Below the pieces are notes generated by a model. That model had not been told where the DNA came from. It made no database searches and saw nothing but the letters and a program-made list of their open reading frames with translations. Shown in pieces: positions 60,206 to 64,000 of a stretch of DNA of 64,000 bases (position 1 is the stretch's first letter; every line of letters begins with the position of its first letter). The stretch comes from Truepera sp. (lineage in GTDB: Bacteria > Deinococcota > Deinococci > Deinococcales > Trueperaceae). A program made the position numbers and the translations under genes. The stretch covers positions 1,408,001 through 1,472,000 of the forward strand of contig CBDCKW010000009.1 in the NCBI GenBank assembly GCA_965218435.1, in the 5' to 3' direction.

Positions 60206-61088
60206 GGGTTAGCCGCTTGAGCTGTTGCGGTTTGGGCGCGAGCCCAGTTCTTTGCGCGAGCCAGGGCGTCAGGTAGAGTGCGAGATAGGCGATCACCGCG
60301 TAGCGGAAAAACCCACCTAGGGCGCTGCGTTTGACGGCTTCGCTTAAGAGCAGGCTCGAGGCGCTGAGCGCAGCGAACGCCAGCGCGACGCCGAACACCG
60401 CGACGACCAGCCGCGCCCACAGGGGTTTGGGCGGCGCGTAGGGCATAAGGAGCGGGGCGCTGCCGAACGCGGCCAGTGCGCCCATCATCAGGTTGGCCTC
60501 GAGCCCCGGCGGTGGCAACACGAGTAAGAGGGCAAGCGGCAGAAAAAACCCCACAGTCGCGCGTAGCGGTACCGCCATTCTCTTGAGACTCTCCCAAAGC
60601 GGTTCGGCAAACGCCGCCGTCGCCGTATAGACCACGCCGATGACCAGTCCCCCGACGACGTCTACCGGAAAGTGCATCCCCAGATAGAGCCGTGACAGCG
60701 AAATCAGCACAATAACAAGGGTAGCGAGCGCCCAAAACCACGGCCGCTTGAGCCACCACGCCGCGTACCCCCAAAAGCTCAGGCTGAGCTGCGCGTGCCC
60801 ACTTGGAAACCCCGGCCCACTCGTGGGGACCGCTTCCGGGGTACGGGCAACTGAAAGGTCAAGTAAAAAGGGCCGCTCGGTGCCGACCAGCCCTTTGAGG
60901 TGAAAGTTGAGATAAAACCCGACCAGGACAAAAATCCCCAACCGCTGCCCCAGCCGCGCGTCGAGCGCCAGATAGGTTCCGAGCAGCAAGATGATATAAG
61001 CGCGGGTTCCGCCCAGCGCACTCATAAACCGAAAAAAGTGGTCGAGCGTCGGCGACGCGAACTGTTGCAGTGCGGCGATGGTTTCCAT
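60192..61088 (-). CDS. PAP2-family membrane phosphatase
   Basis: K..ERP, FPSGH, SRLYLGMHF. Confidence 0.9.
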   Translation of the reverse strand: METIAALQQFASPTLDHFFRFMSALGGTRAYIILLLGTYLALDARLGQRLGIFVLVGFYLNFHLKGLVGTERPFLLDLSVARTPEAVPTSGPGFPSGHAQLSLSFWGYAAWWLKRPWFWALATLVIVLISLSRLYLGMHFPVDVVGGLVIGVVYTATAAFAEPLWESLKRMAVPLRATVGFFLPLALLLVLPPPGLEANLMMGALAAFGSAPLLMPYAPPKPLWARLVVAVFGVALAFAALSASSLLLSEAVKRSALGGFFRYAVIAYLALYLTPWLAQRTGLAPKPQQLKRLTHAQS

Positions 61089-61259
61089 AGGGTCTGAAGC
61101 GCAGTCTAGCAAGCCCAGCCCACCACAAAACTTCAGGTTAATGAGGAATGAAGAGAGCTGCAGCTAAAACCAAACCGTAACGGAAAGATAATCCGGCAGC
61201 CTCTCTGTGGCCTTAGCAGACGAAAGGTGAGGCGTTAGGAGGCTGAGCACCTTAGCAGT

Positions 61260-61304
61260 AAGTGCTTTAATTCACAACGGTCTAGCTCGTGAAATTTTTG
61301 TTTC
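61260..61304 (-). repeat. 45-bp dispersed element, copy 5 (inverted)
   Basis: Minus strand: GAAACAAAAAT-TTCACGA-GCTAGACCG-TTGTGAA-TTAAAGCACTT. Confidence 0.8.
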
Positions 61305-61398
61305 TTTATGTTCGCTTTATTCTCGAGGATTCTGGCAAACATGGCGTTGAGTAGGCTGATATGCCCTTTGTAAGCCGTCGCTGTGCGAGCATAAGAGG

Positions 61399-62700
61399 AT
61401 GAATACCCGCACTTCAGAAGAGCTTTTTACCCGCGCCAGTGCGCTGATGCCGGGGGGCGTCAACTCGCCGGTTCGCGCCTTCGGGTCAGTGGGCGGCACA
61501 CCGCGCTTTATCACTAAAGCCAAAGGCGTGACGCTGACCGACGCCGACGGCAACACCTACTTGGACGCCATCGGTTCTTGGGGACCGATGATTTTGGGGC
61601 ACGCCCACCCGGAGGTTGTGGCGGCGGTGCAACGCGCCGCTGAAGACGGGACCTCGTTCGGTGCGCCGACGAGCCGCGAGGTGGCGCTGGCCGAAGAGGT
61701 CTTAAAACGTTACCCGGGGTGCGAACGCGTGCGGTTTGTCAACTCGGGAACCGAAGCGACGATGAGCGCCTTGCGGGTGGCGCGGGGCGCGACCGGGCGC
61801 GACTACATCATCAAGTTTGCCGGAAATTATCACGGTCACGCCGACGGGCTGCTCGTCGCAGCGGGCTCGGGCGCGCTGACGACCGGTGTGCCGTCGTCGG
61901 CAGGGGTTCCGGCAGATACGGCCAAGACGACGCTGGTGGCGCAGTACAACGATTTGGGGTCGGTACAAGAGCTCTTTGAGGCGTATCCAAACGGTATCGC
62001 CGCCGTGATTTTAGAACCCGTCGTCGGCAATATGGGCGTGGTCGTACCGACCGCTGAGTTTTTGGCAGGTCTGCGTGAGCTGACCCGTAATTACGGTGCG
62101 CTGCTGATTGCCGACGAGGTGATGACCGGGTTTCGGCTCGCGCGGGGCGGGGCGGTCGAGCGTTTTGAGATTGACGCCGACCTCGTATGTTGGGGCAAGA
62201 TCATCGGCGGCGGGCTGCCGGTGGGCGCTTACGGCGGCAAAGCGCGTTATATGGAGCAGGTCTCCCCGGTCGGCAAGGTCTATCAGGCCGGGACGCTTTC
62301 AGGCAATCCGCTGGCGATGGCGGCGGGGCTGGCGACGTTTGCGGCGATGGACGCGGTGCCGGATTTGTATGAGGTGTTAGAGGCTAGAGGCGCACAGCTA
62401 GAAATCGGCCTCAAAGCTGCGGCGAAGGCGCAAGGCGTCCCGGTAACGATCAACCGCGTCGGCTCGATGATTACGGTGTTTTTCACAGGCCAGCCGGTGA
62501 CGGATTTCGAGAGCGCCAGCACCACCGATACCGCGCAGTTTCGGCGCTGGTTCCACGGCCTCTTAGATCGGGGTGTCTACTGGCCCGCGAGCGCGTATGA
62601 AGCGGCGTTTTTGTCGTACGCGTATACTGAAGCGGACATTGAGACGATAATTAAGGCGGCGAACGAAGCGTTTGCGGAGGTGGCACCCCGAGCCGTCTGA
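61399..62700 (+). CDS. hemL: Glutamate-1-semialdehyde 2,1-aminomutase
   Basis: PGGVNSPVRAF, NSGTEATM, DEVMTGFR, GKIIGGG. Confidence 0.96.
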   Translation: MNTRTSEELFTRASALMPGGVNSPVRAFGSVGGTPRFITKAKGVTLTDADGNTYLDAIGSWGPMILGHAHPEVVAAVQRAAEDGTSFGAPTSREVALAEEVLKRYPGCERVRFVNSGTEATMSALRVARGATGRDYIIKFAGNYHGHADGLLVAAGSGALTTGVPSSAGVPADTAKTTLVAQYNDLGSVQELFEAYPNGIAAVILEPVVGNMGVVVPTAEFLAGLRELTRNYGALLIADEVMTGFRLARGGAVERFEIDADLVCWGKIIGGGLPVGAYGGKARYMEQVSPVGKVYQAGTLSGNPLAMAAGLATFAAMDAVPDLYEVLEARGAQLEIGLKAAAKAQGVPVTINRVGSMITVFFTGQPVTDFESASTTDTAQFRRWFHGLLDRGVYWPASAYEAAFLSYAYTEADIETIIKAANEAFAEVAPRAV

Positions 62701-62935
62701 AACTAGGCTCTTGGGAATATGCTTAGAGTTTGGGCTGTTGGCAAAAGGCACGAACGAAGTCAGAAAGTAGCCGAGCGTGTATGAGCCTCTCCGGTAACAT
62801 CACTGAGTGCTTTGTTAGTAGGCTCGAGCACTGCCGCCGTTGCAAGGTTCAGCAAGCTTGCTCCCAGCTTTCATCTGGTTACGGTGAAATATCGTCAGAA
62901 CCTGGGCTTGCAAAGGGCCGTCTAAAGCCAGCTGT

Positions 62936-64000
62936 TCAGGCCGCTTCACCGGCAATCAGCAGACCAAGCCGCTGCACCGTCGCCTCATTCCGGTCAAGGA
63001 CGCCCATCAGCTGCCCGTGAAATAGCACAGCGATGCGGTGCGAAAGCTCGAGCAGCTCGTCTAAATCTTCAGAGATGAGGAGCACCGCGCGGCCTTGTTC
63101 GCTCTGTTCTAAAAGCTGCGTCCGCAAAAACTCGGACGCGCCGAAATCTACGCCGCGCGTGGGTTGTGCTGCAATTAAAACAGCCGGATTACGCCTCAGT
63201 TCACGGGCGAAGATGACCTTTTGGGCGTTGCCCCCCGAAAGGTTTTTCATCGGCGTCGTAACCGAAGGCGTTTTGACCTTGAACTGCTCGACGAGCCCTT
63301 GCGCTGTGGCGCGGATGGCGCGAAAGTTTAGCAGCCCGTGTGACGCATAGGGTGGCCGCCCACTCTCCCGTGAGATGAGGTTGTCGGCAACCGAAAAATC
63401 GCGGATCAGCCCGTCACGGTTGCGTTCTTCGGGGATGTACGAGAGCCCGAGCGTCACGCGCGTGGCGACCGTCATCATAGTGATATCTGCGCCACCGAGT
63501 GAGATATGCCCGCCGCTCAGCGGCCGGAGTCCGGCGACGACCTCGGCTAGCTCGAGCTGCCCATTGCCACTGACCCCCGCGACGCCTAGAATCTCTCCGG
63601 CACGGACGTTCAACGACACGTTGTTAAGCGCGACCAAACCGCGGTCGCCTTTGGCTGAAACATTTTTGAGTTCTAAACTAGGTGCGCCGAAAGTGGGGGC
63701 CGGTCGGTCGGGGGGCCGCAAGAGGGGTCGCCCGACCATCAGCTCCGCGAGCGCCGCTTTGCTGGTCTTAGAGGTCGGCACACTGCCCGCGTTGCGGCCG
63801 TCGCGCAAGACCGTCACCCGGTCGGTGTAGGCCGTCACCTCACCGAGTTTATGCGAGATAAAGATGATGGCGTGACCTTCAGCGGCCATATGCCGGAGGA
63901 CGACGAAGAATTCAGCGACCTCTTGCGGCGTTAAGACGGCGGTCGGTTCGTCCAAAATGAGGAGCGCCGCCCCCCGGTAGAGCGCCTTGATGATCTCGAC
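62936..64000 (-). CDS. Sugar/nucleoside ABC ATPase (two-domain), 5' part outside the window
   Basis: LDEPTAVL, FISHKL, LSGGNAQK, QPTRGVD. Confidence 0.92.
   Translation of the reverse strand, partial: VEIIKALYRGAALLILDEPTAVLTPQEVAEFFVVLRHMAAEGHAIIFISHKLGEVTAYTDRVTVLRDGRNAGSVPTSKTSKAALAELMVGRPLLRPPDRPAPTFGAPSLELKNVSAKGDRGLVALNNVSLNVRAGEILGVAGVSGNGQLELAEVVAGLRPLSGGHISLGGADITMMTVATRVTLGLSYIPEERNRDGLIRDFSVADNLISRESGRPPYASHGLLNFRAIRATAQGLVEQFKVKTPSVTTPMKNLSGGNAQKVIFARELRRNPAVLIAAQPTRGVDFGASEFLRTQLLEQSEQGRAVLLISEDLDELLELSHRIAVLFHGQLMGVLDRNEATVQRLGLLIAGEAA

Noticed and set aside
34785..61304. The 45-bp repeats as a CRISPR array or integron attC sites
   Set aside because: They are kilobases apart, in both orientations, with no cas genes. 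They lack attC RYYYAAC/GTTRRRY ends, and the recombinase lacks the IntI-specific insertion.

Overview
A chromosomal window of about 57-58% GC (by-eye estimate). The proteins and the many leaderless TAnnnT-N5-7-start promoters suggest Deinococcota, probably Truepera-like (inference). The core backbone is fabI, trpE-G-D with five intercalated genes, ftsH, dnaB, a plsY fusion-prmA-rsmE operon, tRNA-Pro(GGG), gndA, truA and hemL. Accessory blocks are: a peptide ABC operon; a low-GC NDT-fold gene beside a VapBC module; an IS and pseudogene pile at 27.8-33 kb (IS982, IS5, IS630, dinJ/yafQ relics); an aldehyde dehydrogenase-DUF779 pair; a GGDEF/EAL sensor; a tyrosine-recombinase islet; and a ROK-regulated glycan-utilisation locus. 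The most notable unexplained structure is an oriented 45-bp intergenic element with core TTCACRW-GC-N7-TTGTGAA, present five times at module boundaries, one copy at the edge of the recombinase islet. Also notable are the strong over-representation of CTCGAG, a PlsY-acyl-ACP-reductase-like fusion, a candidate leaderless trp leader peptide, and small insertions inside conserved motifs of two transposases. All calls were made by eye; no database searches were run.
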